Positions 11,969 to 21,805 of a stretch of DNA of 64,000 bases are shown here, piece by piece; the first letter of the stretch is position 1, and each line of letters opens with the position of its first letter. The translations under genes and the position numbers were made by a program. The stretch is from an uncultured Verrucomicrobiae bacterium (GTDB lineage: Bacteria; Verrucomicrobiota; Verrucomicrobiia; Limisphaerales; JAFGQR01). The notes below the pieces were generated by a model. That model was not told where the DNA came from. It did not search any database and was given only the letters and a program-made list of their open reading frames with translations. The stretch is taken from NCBI GenBank assembly GCA_963788655.1, contig CAWBHS010000022.1:32001-96000 (forward strand), written 5' to 3'.

Positions 11969-12462
11969 AGTTCCTTTACAATTTCGCTAGCCGCTTTGCG
12001 CGGCGTGCGAGGACTGGGATCATCGGGATAACCCAGCGGCGTGACGGCCACTGGATCCCACTCAGGTTCGAGTTGCAAGGCTTGAGACAAAGCTCGGCGG
12101 TCAAAAGCGCAAATCCAGCAGGTGCCCAAACCTTCGGCCGTGGCGGCCAGGATGAGGTGCTCCATGGCAATGGCCACATCGACCGCGTGAATGCTTTCGC
12201 CGTCCCGCCGCCAAGCGAGGTTGCGGTTGCCCAATGCGATCACGAGCAACGGCGCCTTGGTGGTCCAATCTTGCAGGATGGGCCGCACCGTTTTCCGCAT
12301 GGCGGGCGAATTTAAGACCAGAAATTTCCAAGGTTGCAGATTGCACGCGGAAGGCGCCAGGCGCACGGCTTCCCAAAGACGATCCAATTTGTCGGGTTCG
12401 ATGGGCTTGGATTTATACTGGCGGACGCTGCGGCGGTGGTTGATGGCTTCGTAAAGGTTCAC
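11965..12462 (-). CDS. Nitroreductase family protein
   Basis: RRSVRQY, LAPSACNLQPWKF and AEGLGTCWI motifs. Its stop overlaps the ATG of the beta-helix gene (ATGA). Confidence 0.92.
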   Translation of the reverse strand: MNLYEAINHRRSVRQYKSKPIEPDKLDRLWEAVRLAPSACNLQPWKFLVLNSPAMRKTVRPILQDWTTKAPLLVIALGNRNLAWRRDGESIHAVDVAIAMEHLILAATAEGLGTCWICAFDRRALSQALQLEPEWDPVAVTPLGYPDDPSPRTPRKAASEIVKEL

Positions 12463-12486
12463 AGTCGGTTGCGGGTTTGCCGTCGA

Positions 12487-14184
12487 TTAATTTTCGCCCA
12501 GCAAATCACCAAAGTCCGGCAGCAGGCTGTACTTCTTTTGCCAAGGTGTGTACATCAAACCCCACACCTTGGGCGTCTGACGGGCGAGGTCCAGCCAACC
12601 TTTAACGTCGCGCAAATCGTCCGCGTCGTAGTAACAGGCTACCAGCCTGCGAAAGCCTTGTCCGGCAAAAAATCGGAGGCTTGCCTCCCGCGGCTTACCG
12701 CCCCAGACGGCCATGATCAGGTCGGCGGGGACATGCTTCCAGGAATCCGTGAAATCACCGTTCACCAGGTAATAATCGCCGTGCGCGTTATGATTGGGAT
12801 CAAGCATGTCGGACCAGACATAGACCTGCACGCCGGGCAGATGGCGCTGGAGGATTTGGACTTGTTTGGTGATGCACTCGCCCAGCAGTTCGCCCATGTT
12901 CCGGCCCGCGCAAGCCTGGCAGGTGCCGCCCATGCGGATTTCGTCCATGTTCAGTAACACGCGCCGCGGGTGCAGATGTTCAGCCATCAATTTCGCCTCG
13001 TGATCAAAAATGTCATACAACTCCGGTTCGGCCATGCAGACGGTGATTTGACCGTCGTTGATCACCATTGGATGATACCAACTGACCCGCAGCTTCTGGC
13101 CTTCCTGGATGCGGGTTCCGGCAACCAGTTTGAGCGATGGCGCGGGACGATCCACGCGGTAAGGACTGTAGTTCGCATCGTTCAAGGGGACGTAATCCTG
13201 GCCTTCGGGGTATGTCTGGGAACCATCTTCACTGCGAACGGTAACTGGTGTTCCGGGCCGGTGCAGCACATTGAGCGGACCGACTTCCTCGACCGACCAG
13301 TCGTCGAGCCAGAACTTGCCCGAGCGCCCGCCCCACATCCCGGCGTAGAGCCGCACCGAGTCGAAGTCGAGGCTGTTGAAGAGCATGGTCAACTTCCGCC
13401 AATCACCGGTGGCCGGCAGTTTGAACGCGCGCGGCGCCAGGCTGCGGTTTTTGACGAGCACTTGGACATGGAAGGCGCCGGTGGGTTGCAGCGCCTCGGT
13501 TTTGACCCACAGACTCAGCCGGTAGCAGCGATGGGGGTGAACGTTGATCTCCTGCATCACACGGCCATGGCCATGCGGGTTGGCGGTGAAATTCTCCAGG
13601 CGCATCGACGCCCGACCGCTGTGTTTGATTTGGGTATCGGCAAAACTGATTTCGCCCGGGTGATCGTGGAAGTTGAATCCCTTGAAGCGGTTGCCAGTGA
13701 AGGCTTCAAAATCACCATTGGTCAAACGCACCGAATGATCGGGTACGAGATTCGCCTCGCCGCCTTTTACTACAAACAGGGCGTCCTTGACCGGCAGTCC
13801 GGCCGCCAGATTCCGATCATGCGCCAGGGCTGTTCCGCCATAGCCCACCGAAAAGATGGCTGGAATCAGTTCCAGGTGATCGCGTTCGCAGGCCTGCTGG
13901 ACTTGTCTCAAACGCCGAAAATAATCGGGCGACTTTTTGCAAAGCGTGTCCAAGCCGCAAGACAACACCGCACCGTTCAATCCGTGTTGGGCTCCGGTAT
14001 CCAGCACACGAGTGATGTCCGCCACGTCGCCGTCCTTGCCCAAACTCCAGCCAAAGATCCAAACGAAACGGTCGGGATACGGTTCCGCAGCGCGAGCCAC
14101 CGCCAGTCCCCCGCAAGTCGCCGCCAAGGCCAGGATGAGCCATAAGGGAAAAGTCGAGTAGGCAATTCGGCATTGAGTCTTCAT
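12487..14184 (-). CDS. Secreted putative glycoside hydrolase (GH20-like barrel with a CBM4/9-like insert)
   Basis: Signal peptide, CBM-like segment (LTNGDFE...QEINVHPHRCYRLSLWVKT...FWLDDWSV), and LLNMDEIR plus VWSDM motifs reminiscent of GH20-type barrels. Confidence 0.55.
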   Translation of the reverse strand: MKTQCRIAYSTFPLWLILALAATCGGLAVARAAEPYPDRFVWIFGWSLGKDGDVADITRVLDTGAQHGLNGAVLSCGLDTLCKKSPDYFRRLRQVQQACERDHLELIPAIFSVGYGGTALAHDRNLAAGLPVKDALFVVKGGEANLVPDHSVRLTNGDFEAFTGNRFKGFNFHDHPGEISFADTQIKHSGRASMRLENFTANPHGHGRVMQEINVHPHRCYRLSLWVKTEALQPTGAFHVQVLVKNRSLAPRAFKLPATGDWRKLTMLFNSLDFDSVRLYAGMWGGRSGKFWLDDWSVEEVGPLNVLHRPGTPVTVRSEDGSQTYPEGQDYVPLNDANYSPYRVDRPAPSLKLVAGTRIQEGQKLRVSWYHPMVINDGQITVCMAEPELYDIFDHEAKLMAEHLHPRRVLLNMDEIRMGGTCQACAGRNMGELLGECITKQVQILQRHLPGVQVYVWSDMLDPNHNAHGDYYLVNGDFTDSWKHVPADLIMAVWGGKPREASLRFFAGQGFRRLVACYYDADDLRDVKGWLDLARQTPKVWGLMYTPWQKKYSLLPDFGDLLGEN

Positions 14185-14367
14185 AGCGACAATTGGTTTC
14201 GGGCAATGAGTATTGTTTGCCTCGACGGTTTTTTGAATGGGAAAATTCGACGATTGTTGGTCGCACTCGAAGAAAGTGGCCTTCGTGATACAAGGAGCAG
14301 GCCCTTTGGGCGCTTGAAGTCTTCGGGTTGGATGCCCTACCACCACTCCCGCGACACGCCCTGGCTC

Positions 14368-14440
14368 GTAGCCCTGGACGTGAATCCGCTAACTTGGTCC
14401 GCCTTTGAGAAAGTCAGACCAGCCTCACGTCGGCTGCTAC
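14368..14440. repeat. Degenerate GTAG REP-like inverted pair
   Basis: gtagccctggacgtga ... tcacgtcggctgctac, related to the copies at 34826 and 51123. Confidence 0.55.
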
Positions 14441-14453
14441 ATGCTCTGACGCT

Positions 14454-14896
14454 TTAGCCCGGAAACTTCACGCTCTCGGTGAACCAGTCCTGGTTCCCCA
14501 GGGGATTGGCGACGACGCAGTCGATGATGCCCTGCAGGAGCGGGTTTTCCCGGGCGATGGCCCGCGTATGGGTGGTGACGCCTTCGCCGATCTTGTCGGA
14601 GAGCTTGCGGATGACGAACCAGACCGGCAGCTCAGGATCGTCCGGCACGAGGGGGAGGTAAAAGCGGACGAGCTTGTGGTCGGCCTTGGCGAGCTGGAAG
14701 GCCCTCTTGCGCGAGCCGAGTTCCTTGGCGATGCGGTTCAGTTCGTCATCGAAGACGTCGCAGAGGCGCCTGGTGAAGATGAGGGGGAGGATGTAATCCT
14801 TGTATGTCAGCGCGTCCTTGGCTCCACGAATGGAGCAGGCGGCATCCCAGATCCAGCTTTCGTGGGATTTGGAGTTGTCAGGTTTACCGTTAGCCC
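14454..14896 (-). pseudogene. hsdM: Type I restriction-modification HsdM remnant with a large internal deletion
   Basis: ESWIWDAACSIRGAKDA..YKDYILPLIF.RRLCDVFDDE is an HsdM N-terminal domain. It is fused directly to VVANPLGNQDWF, a degenerate motif IV. No ATG at the expected start. Confidence 0.8.
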
Positions 14897-15190
14897 CAGA
14901 AATTCCCCGATTTCTACCGGTTCTGCGTATCACGTGCGGAAAGCATCCTGTCGAACTGGCGAGCCCGCGAGCGCCGGCTCAAGGCGATCGAACGGGCGAA
15001 GACGGTATTCACTTCCGAGGGCGAGGCAGTTGAGGCCGCACGGGCGAAGGTGCATGAACTCCTGGAGAAACTGAAACATCGCGATCCCGAACAGGCCATG
15101 GTGTATGCCAGAGAATTCGAAGAGGCAACGCCGGAGGATTACGCAGTTTTCAAGGAAGACCTCTACTCTTGGAAATGGAGGACGAGGAGG

Positions 15191-15866
15191 ATGGGCCGCG
15201 CGATCAATAAAATCCGCGCGGAGGGCACAGCCTGGAGACTGACGCAGGACTATTGCCTTGATCGGCCTGCCCCGGTGCCAGTCGAGGATATCGCGATGGA
15301 CCGTGGAGTCCTGTGTCTGGAGGCACGACTGACCGGGTGTCTCACCCACTTGGTGCGCAAAGGTCAGCGCGGGATTATCAGGACGCACCTGGGCATTCGG
15401 GAGGATGGGCGCCGGCGTTTCGCCATCGCACACGAACTGGGACACTGGTTCCTGCATGAGGCTGAAAACCAGAATCTTCATGTGCACAGGTGAGCAGATG
15501 CGGAACTACAAGGGCAGCCCGCGGAAGTGGAAGCGAACTTGTTCGTCTCGGAACTCCTCATGCCAACAGGTGTGTTCCGCCCCTGGCCGAGAGCGCCGAT
15601 CCCCTCCTTTCCACGGTCAAATCCCTCGCCGGAATATTCAACACCATCCCTGACCGCCACTGGCATGAAGTTTATCGATACGAGCCGTCATGAGTGCATC
15701 CTTATTTGGTCCACCGATGGCGTGGTCACCGGGTCAAAGCAGAAAGGAGGTCGCTCGGGACTCCGGGTAGAGAAGGGAACGCGCCTTCATCAGGATTCCC
15801 TGGCTGTCCATGCCGGTGCCGGCGCCGATAAACTGGGACCGGAGGTGGTGCCGACCGAAGCGTGGA
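15191..15866 (+). pseudogene. ImmA/IrrE-family metallo-endopeptidase, frameshifted and 3'-truncated
   Basis: RRFAIAHELGHWFLH (HEXXH) followed in other frames by EVEANLFVSELLMP and SLTATGMKFI. At least three frame changes. Confidence 0.75.
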
Positions 15867-16061
15867 CTCGCCGAGACGCCCATCGATGGCGACCGGCCCG
15901 GGCGGGGGGACGATGAACAGCCGTTTGTTGCGGGCGCGCCCGCCTTGTTCGTCGGCGTCCAGGTTGGCGGCAGAACAAAGGGCGGCCAGGAGAATGCCGC
16001 CAAGCAGGATGAGCGGGCGGTTTCCGGTGAGGTGCTTTCGAGTGATGAGTTGGTTGAGCAT
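15866..16061 (-). pseudogene. N-terminal fragment of a secreted carbohydrate-binding protein
   Basis: Signal peptide then GRARNKRLFIVPPPGPVAIDGRL, resembling a CBM9-like 'IDG.L..W' start. Truncated where it meets the ImmA remnant. Confidence 0.5.
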
Positions 16062-16072
16062 GGGGACAAAGG

Positions 16073-16300
16073 TCACTTCTGATGCCAACCCGGGGGTGGG
16101 CACAATCCATCCTGGTCGGTCAATGACATCACTGGTTTGCCTTCCACGATCTCGACGCGATACACCGAGCCACAAGCGCGGGCATGGAGAGTCAACTCGC
16201 CGAGCCCCGGAATGTTCACCTTTACCTCACGGTCCGGACCTGCCGCCGCCCAGGCGGTGACCAGCCATTCGGATGTGTTCTTCAGTTTGCGCGCGACACG
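16073..16300 (-). pseudogene. Probable C-terminal fragment of a larger protein
   Basis: WLVTAWAAAGPDREVKVNIPGLGELTLHARACGSVY is protein-like, but there is no convincing start. Ends 11 nt before the next ATG. Confidence 0.4.
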
Positions 16301-16429
16301 CGTACCTTGGTGAATGATAGTAATGCCGTGCAAATTCACTCCTTCTTACTGCTGCTTGGTCGTCGAAGTGAGCAAAAGAGGAAGAGAGATGTCCGACCTG
16401 AACCTTTTCAAACCTTGCGGCAGGATTGA

Positions 16430-18586
16430 TCATTCCGGTTTGGACGTGAGTTCGACACGACTGAGGTAGGCCACTTTGTCTTTCCCAATAAAGAACCGGA
16501 AGTCGGCGCCGGAATTCTGACGGTCGGCCAAGTAGGCGTCATTGATATCAAACGTATACGTTCGCCACTCACCTGATCCGGTGAACGGTGCCGTGCCGTT
16601 GGATCGATAAATTTGGTCGGTCCCCGTACCTACCGCGTCATACTGCAATTCCAACGTCCCGTCGGGAACGTCAAGATACGTGACACGGATATGAAGCCGT
16701 TTTGCATTCCCGGCGTAAGCAATACTGTCGTCCACGGCAAAATATAAAAAGCGATCCGCGACTTTGCCCACTGGCTCGGCATTGCGGCGGCAATCGCGAT
16801 TATTCTCATAAGCCGGCGTTGTGCCCCCGTCGGCGCATTGAAGATGATGGAGGCCGTCTTCAAAATTGCTTTCTCCCAATTGCACGAACGCCGTGTCGGA
16901 ACCCGCTACCGGAAAAGTGCATGTCGTTGGGCGCCCGGATGCGGTGCTCACTGTCACTTGGATCCAATTCCTGGCGGCCTGAGCCTTGCCAAAGGGAAGG
17001 TTCGGTATCTGGACTCGCAGCGGCGCGCCGATTTGGTCTCCTCCTTCCACCAACACCTTCGGGCAACGAACAAACGTCTCCAGGGCATCGCTCGAATATT
17101 CCGCTCGCACCGACTTCGGCGCCAAGCTTTCGCTCCGATTACGGAATTCAAAAGCAACCGTGGGTGAAGCAGTCTGGGCGTGCTCGACGTGCCATTCCCG
17201 CAGTTCAGTGCGCCCCCCCCCGGCATAGAACACCAAGTCATGTTGTGCCGCGGGGATGGACAAAATGTTCTTTCCTGGCTGGACGGTCACGGATTGAAAG
17301 TAGGCGCCAGTTTGTGGATTGAACCAGTATCCCTGCGTGCTCTCTGGCTGCAGGTCCAACGCAATTTGGCCACCCAATTTCTCGCCGCACAAATACACGA
17401 CATACTCGGCCTGGCCAGCCAGGCAAAACGCTTCGACGCTGGCGGGTTTGCTTAAGATTACTTCCGGCTGTGGTTTCATCCGCGGAAATGGCAGGCCCCA
17501 ATCCTGAATGAATCCGATGGCGTTAGCGTAACCAAGCCCTTTGCGCAAATTGAAGCGGCTGGGCGATTCCGCTGAGTAATAATACATGTCGGCATCGGTG
17601 ACATAGAAATCCGTGGAATAATTGAGCCACCCCCCGATCCCGGCGGTGAAGGCTTTCCACAAGCAACGGCGTCCAGCATCTGCGCCAACACTCGTGATCT
17701 CTCCCCCATCCGAACTGCTCGCCACCCACCGGTCAGAAGGGAACTCAGCCATCGAGAACGGTGTCCGGACACGGCTTTCCCGGCTCACGTGATCGGTGGC
17801 ACCATCCAAACCAGGCGCGGTCAGACCTTCCGAGCCGTTGTAGGTGATCAGGTGGTTGCTCCGGCTACGGATGAATTTCACCCAATACTGCACCCAGTCC
17901 ATGCCTGGATCAGGAAGCTCATTGCCAATCTCATACATCACATTGGGAAAGGGCGATGTCGCAGCGAGCATCTTTTCCACAATCCGTTCCTGATAACGTT
18001 TGAGCACCTTTTGCGCCGGCGATGCCTGGGGATTGGTCAAGGCGTCGAAATCGAAAAACTCGTCCCGTTCGAGACCGTTGCCATTGTGATTATGATCCAA
18101 GTCTCCCAAGTCGGCGTTGATATTGAAGCGGGGATTAAAGGGATGAATCTTCCACGGCAAACAGCGTTCAAAAATGCTGACATGAGCGACGATGCCGTGA
18201 TCTTGCATGTCCTTCAGGCACTGGCGTACCTGCGGCCAATACGCTTCGTTCCATTGCTCCAGGTCCACTTTTTCCGGAGCGACTCTCCGGAACATCAACC
18301 AGGTGTCGCTACCCTTGTTGTCCAGCATCCCCGCACAGGTGGGAAAGAAACGCATGTAGTTGACGCGATTGCGCGCGTTGAGTTCGATCAACCGTGGATA
18401 GCCGATGGACGAACCGATATCCGTGTTGTGGGCATTGTACCCCACCAGGAAAATTGGGGTTCCGTTGGGGAACTCGACGTAATGCCGGTTCGCGGTACAC
18501 AACTTCACGAGCTCCTCGGCTTCGTTCCTGACGGCCAAGGCGAGCACCGCCGTTAGGACGAAAATAGTCGCGAATTGGTTCTTCAT
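16430..18586 (-). CDS. Secreted multidomain putative glycoside hydrolase (DUF4038/apiosidase-like barrel, collagen-binding-like domain, C-terminal beta-sandwich)
   Basis: Signal peptide, NRHYVEFPNGTPIFLVG, NVMYEIGNE (clan-A-like NE), GYWFNPQTG, and a C-terminal LYFAVDD...LQYDA...WRTYTFDI..A.LADRQNSGADFR segment. Confidence 0.6.
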   Translation of the reverse strand: MKNQFATIFVLTAVLALAVRNEAEELVKLCTANRHYVEFPNGTPIFLVGYNAHNTDIGSSIGYPRLIELNARNRVNYMRFFPTCAGMLDNKGSDTWLMFRRVAPEKVDLEQWNEAYWPQVRQCLKDMQDHGIVAHVSIFERCLPWKIHPFNPRFNINADLGDLDHNHNGNGLERDEFFDFDALTNPQASPAQKVLKRYQERIVEKMLAATSPFPNVMYEIGNELPDPGMDWVQYWVKFIRSRSNHLITYNGSEGLTAPGLDGATDHVSRESRVRTPFSMAEFPSDRWVASSSDGGEITSVGADAGRRCLWKAFTAGIGGWLNYSTDFYVTDADMYYYSAESPSRFNLRKGLGYANAIGFIQDWGLPFPRMKPQPEVILSKPASVEAFCLAGQAEYVVYLCGEKLGGQIALDLQPESTQGYWFNPQTGAYFQSVTVQPGKNILSIPAAQHDLVFYAGGGRTELREWHVEHAQTASPTVAFEFRNRSESLAPKSVRAEYSSDALETFVRCPKVLVEGGDQIGAPLRVQIPNLPFGKAQAARNWIQVTVSTASGRPTTCTFPVAGSDTAFVQLGESNFEDGLHHLQCADGGTTPAYENNRDCRRNAEPVGKVADRFLYFAVDDSIAYAGNAKRLHIRVTYLDVPDGTLELQYDAVGTGTDQIYRSNGTAPFTGSGEWRTYTFDINDAYLADRQNSGADFRFFIGKDKVAYLSRVELTSKPE

Positions 18587-18742
18587 TTGATAAAGCAGAA
18601 TCAAGAATTACTAAACGTGCTATGATAGTTAACCGTTTACTGGCCACCGGCCAAGCGCGATTCTCGTGATTGTCAACCGGTACGATATGCGATTGAATTC
18701 TAAGTCAATTCTGGTCACCCAATGAATGAGCAGCGAACAATC

Positions 18743-19174
18743 ATGAAACAAGACGAAGATCATCTGCGATTGCTTTCGATATTTCATTACGTGGTGGGTG
18801 GACTGGCTGGAGTGTTTGCCCTGTTCCCAATTTTTCACCTGATTGTCGGCTTGGTCTTCGTCTTGGCTCCGGCAAATGTCACTGGTCATGGCGGTGCGCC
18901 GCCCGCCTTTTTCGGATGGCTCTTTATCTTCCTCGCCGCGGCCATTATGGGCGTGGGTTTCATCCTGGCCTTCTGCATCCTCCTGGTCGGCCGGTTTTTG
19001 AATGGGCGCAAACACTATTGGTATTGCCTGGTCATGGCGGGCATCGAATGTGTCTTCATGCCGTTTGGGACGGTGCTCGGGGTATTCACCATCATCGTGT
19101 TAATGCGCGAGTCCGTGAAGGAACTGTTCCTGGGCGACCCCGCCGCCTCCTACAAACCACCGGCCAATTTCTAG
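18743..19174 (+). CDS. Hypothetical membrane protein
   Basis: DEDHLRLLSIFHYVVGG...CVFMPFGTVLGVFTIIVL, with three to four TM segments. Confidence 0.8.
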   Translation: MKQDEDHLRLLSIFHYVVGGLAGVFALFPIFHLIVGLVFVLAPANVTGHGGAPPAFFGWLFIFLAAAIMGVGFILAFCILLVGRFLNGRKHYWYCLVMAGIECVFMPFGTVLGVFTIIVLMRESVKELFLGDPAASYKPPANF

Positions 19175-19210
19175 TAGCCAGCCAACCCCGATCCTCGCCA
19201 CAGTGGGTGT

Positions 19211-19699
19211 ATGCGTTACCTAATGAAACAAAAGTTATTTGCCTGGGGCGACGACTTCGCCATCAAGAACGAGGCGGGTGAGGACGTTTTTTTCGTCGAT
19301 GGCAAAGCGTTCAGTTTTGGCGACAAGCTGTCGTTCCAGGACTTGCAGGGCAACGAACTGGTGTTCATCCGGCAGAAGTTGTTGTCTTGGGGGCCAACCT
19401 ACGAACTCTACCGCGGTGACAACCTGGCGGCGGTGGTGAAGAAGCAATTGTTCACCTTCTTCCGCTGCCGGTTCACCGTCGATGTGCCGGGCCCGAATGA
19501 TCTGGAGGCCGAAGGCAGTTTCCTTGACCACGAATACACCTTCAACCGCAACGGCCAAGTGGTCGCCGGGGTGTCGAAACAATGGTTCTCTTGGACGGAC
19601 ACCTACGGGGTTGACATAGGTGCCGGCGAGGATGACGTGCTGATCCTGGCGAGCACCGTGGTGATTGACATGGTCTGCCACGGCGATCACAAGGACTGA
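19211..19699 (+). CDS. LURP-one-related/Tubby-like (scramblase-like) protein
   Basis: MKQKLFAWGDDFAI, VSKQWFSWTDTYGVDI and LILASTVVID motifs. Confidence 0.88.
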   Translation: MRYLMKQKLFAWGDDFAIKNEAGEDVFFVDGKAFSFGDKLSFQDLQGNELVFIRQKLLSWGPTYELYRGDNLAAVVKKQLFTFFRCRFTVDVPGPNDLEAEGSFLDHEYTFNRNGQVVAGVSKQWFSWTDTYGVDIGAGEDDVLILASTVVIDMVCHGDHKD

Positions 19700-19771
19700 G
19701 AAACGGAAGTCTCCGCCAACGGGGCGGCTCTCGGTGAGCAATCCGGACGGGTGGCCCGTCGGCCGGTGCGC

Positions 19772-20332
19772 TTACACGGTCATGATTTCTTTCTCCTTGG
19801 TGGCCAGTTGCGCGTCGATTTTGGCGATGTATTGGTCGGTCAGTTTCTGGACTTCTTTTTCCGCGTGCTGCTCGTCGTCTTCCGGGATCTCGCCATTCTT
19901 CACTTCTTTCTTGAGCAGTTCCATGGCGTCGCGCCGGACATGACGAACCGCTACGCGGCCATCTTCGGCCATGCGCCGGGCGACTTTGACAAACTCCTGG
20001 CGCCGCTCCTCGCTGAGCTCGGGCATGACGAGCCGCAGGATTTTTCCCTGCACGGCAGGATTCATTCCGATGTTGGCCTTTTGGATGGCTTTCTCGATGG
20101 GTTGAACCGTCGAAGTGTCCCAGGGTTGGATTACCAGCATGCGCGGCTCGGGCGTCGTGATGCCGGCCAGTTCGCGGATGCGCATTTGCGAGCCATACAC
20201 ATCCACCATGATGTTTTCCACCAGCGCCGGGGAAGCTTTGCTGGTGCGCACGCCGGCAAACTCGTGCTTCACCACTTCCTCGGTTTTGATCATCTTCTCT
20301 TCCGCTTCCAGCAGAATATCGTCGATTGGCAT
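19772..20332 (-). CDS. frr: Ribosome recycling factor
   Basis: AGVRTSKASPALV, IQPWD, PELSEERRQE, AVRHVRRDA and KEKEIMTV motifs. Confidence 0.97.
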   Translation of the reverse strand: MPIDDILLEAEEKMIKTEEVVKHEFAGVRTSKASPALVENIMVDVYGSQMRIRELAGITTPEPRMLVIQPWDTSTVQPIEKAIQKANIGMNPAVQGKILRLVMPELSEERRQEFVKVARRMAEDGRVAVRHVRRDAMELLKKEVKNGEIPEDDEQHAEKEVQKLTDQYIAKIDAQLATKEKEIMTV

Positions 20333-20341
20333 AGTGATGGG

Positions 20342-20370
20342 ACCATAGCAAACGGTTCGAAAAAGAGCAA
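20342..20370 (-). promoter_or_regulatory. Putative sigma70 promoter of frr with a very short leader
   Basis: TTGCTC-17nt-TATGGT (with TG extension) followed by 9 nt to the ATG. Confidence 0.45.
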
Positions 20371-20530
20371 CGTCCGAACTGGGCCTATTCGGCTCCGGTC
20401 AGTTGCCGGCGCGGAAAGGGGTTGCTGGAATCAAGGAGGAAGGCTGCATGGTGGAGTTGGTTCGGATTTCGGTCCATCGGGTTTCGGGTTTGATATATCG
20501 GGGAGCCCTTCGAATCGCGTCCATTGAACC

Positions 20531-21121
20531 TTATCCGGCGAGCGGGACCGCAGCCAGCAGCGTGTATTGGGCGCCATGGGACGAGAGTTTGCTTTGCATT
20601 AAATCTATCTGTCCAATCCGCCATGTGCCCAAAGCCGGGGCGGCGCTCGCCGGGAAGGCTTCGGTCAACGCGCGGGCGGCCCGGGCTTGCTCGGGCCGGA
20701 CCCGTCCGATGGTCAGATGGGGATGGAACGGACGATCTTCGCGCTTGCCCCACGCGCTTGTTTCCCGGTCGATGGCTTGGCAGAGCTGGGACAGCAGGTC
20801 GCCCGTGCCGGAAATTCCGAGCCACACAATCCGGGGTTGGCGGGCGTTGGGGAAACACCCGACTCCTTCGATTGTCAGCTCAAAAGGACCAGTTGCGCTA
20901 ACTGCTCTCGACAAAGCTGCTTGGATCTCCGCTACGGAAGAAACAGGCACGTCGCCCAGGAAGCGCAGCGTCAAATGGATTTGTGCCTCCGGAATCCAGC
21001 GAACCGCGTGTCCACCAGTAGCTGCTTTCAAATCTCGTTGAAGTTGTTCAACGGAAGCCTTTAGTTGTGGCGGCAGGTTGATCGCAATAAATGTGCGAAT
21101 GGACTGGGACGATCCGGTCAT
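20531..21121 (-). CDS. thpR: RNA 2',3'-cyclic phosphodiesterase (2H family)
   Basis: RTFIAI, two HxT motifs (IHLTLRFLG; FHPHLTIGR) and LMQSKL..GAQY. Confidence 0.93.
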   Translation of the reverse strand: MTGSSQSIRTFIAINLPPQLKASVEQLQRDLKAATGGHAVRWIPEAQIHLTLRFLGDVPVSSVAEIQAALSRAVSATGPFELTIEGVGCFPNARQPRIVWLGISGTGDLLSQLCQAIDRETSAWGKREDRPFHPHLTIGRVRPEQARAARALTEAFPASAAPALGTWRIGQIDLMQSKLSSHGAQYTLLAAVPLAG

Positions 21122-21189
21122 TCCCTCGAGTCAACGCGTTGGCATGGTTCCGTAATTCCTGGAAGGCGTCAGGTGCCTTTCCATCCCAC

Positions 21190-21525
21190 TTACTCGCGCC
21201 AGCCTTTCGCCGCGATCGCGGTGACCAACAAACCGGTTCCCACTACGATTCCCAGTGTGCTGTAGGGATGATTACGAATCACCTCTCCCGAGGCTTTCAA
21301 TCCCTGCCGGGTTTGGGTTTCCAACTCCGAAAGCACGTGGCGGGTATTGGCGAGCGTGGTGGCCAGCCGTTGGCGAGGGAGGTCGCTTGGCTTTTCCTGA
21401 GGGCGCCAGCGCGACGAAAGGAAACCTTCCGCGTCCTTTACCAGCGTTCGCAGGTCATCATACAACAATTCCTTGGTAACACCGTTTCGTCTTCGGCCCA
21501 ACCTTCTAAGATTCAGTTTCATCAT
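21190..21525 (-). CDS. DUF883/ElaB-YqjD family tail-anchored protein
   Basis: KELLYDDLRTLVKDAE...IRNHPYSTLGIVVGTGLLV, with a C-terminal TM. Confidence 0.8.
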   Translation of the reverse strand: MMKLNLRRLGRRRNGVTKELLYDDLRTLVKDAEGFLSSRWRPQEKPSDLPRQRLATTLANTRHVLSELETQTRQGLKASGEVIRNHPYSTLGIVVGTGLLVTAIAAKGWRE

Positions 21526-21805
21526 TGCTTTCCTTTCCTGGCGAGCTACGCCCCCACGCGGCTGCGCGCATTTCTGACGTACCTTCCCATGCGGACCGGG
21601 TTTGTCAAACGGGGCCAAGGCCGGCGCCACTCGCAAGCTCGAAGACCGAGGGCCGAAATTCAAAAGAAATCCGCAATCCGATTTCCGAAAGCAGCGCCTG
21701 TTTCGACCCGGTATCGCCGCAGACTTCCTCGGGCGGGAAGCACTTCGGATTTGGCTTCTTTGAAACATGCCCCCGTGGTAAGCGCCGTCCGGGGGGAACC
21801 CTCCC

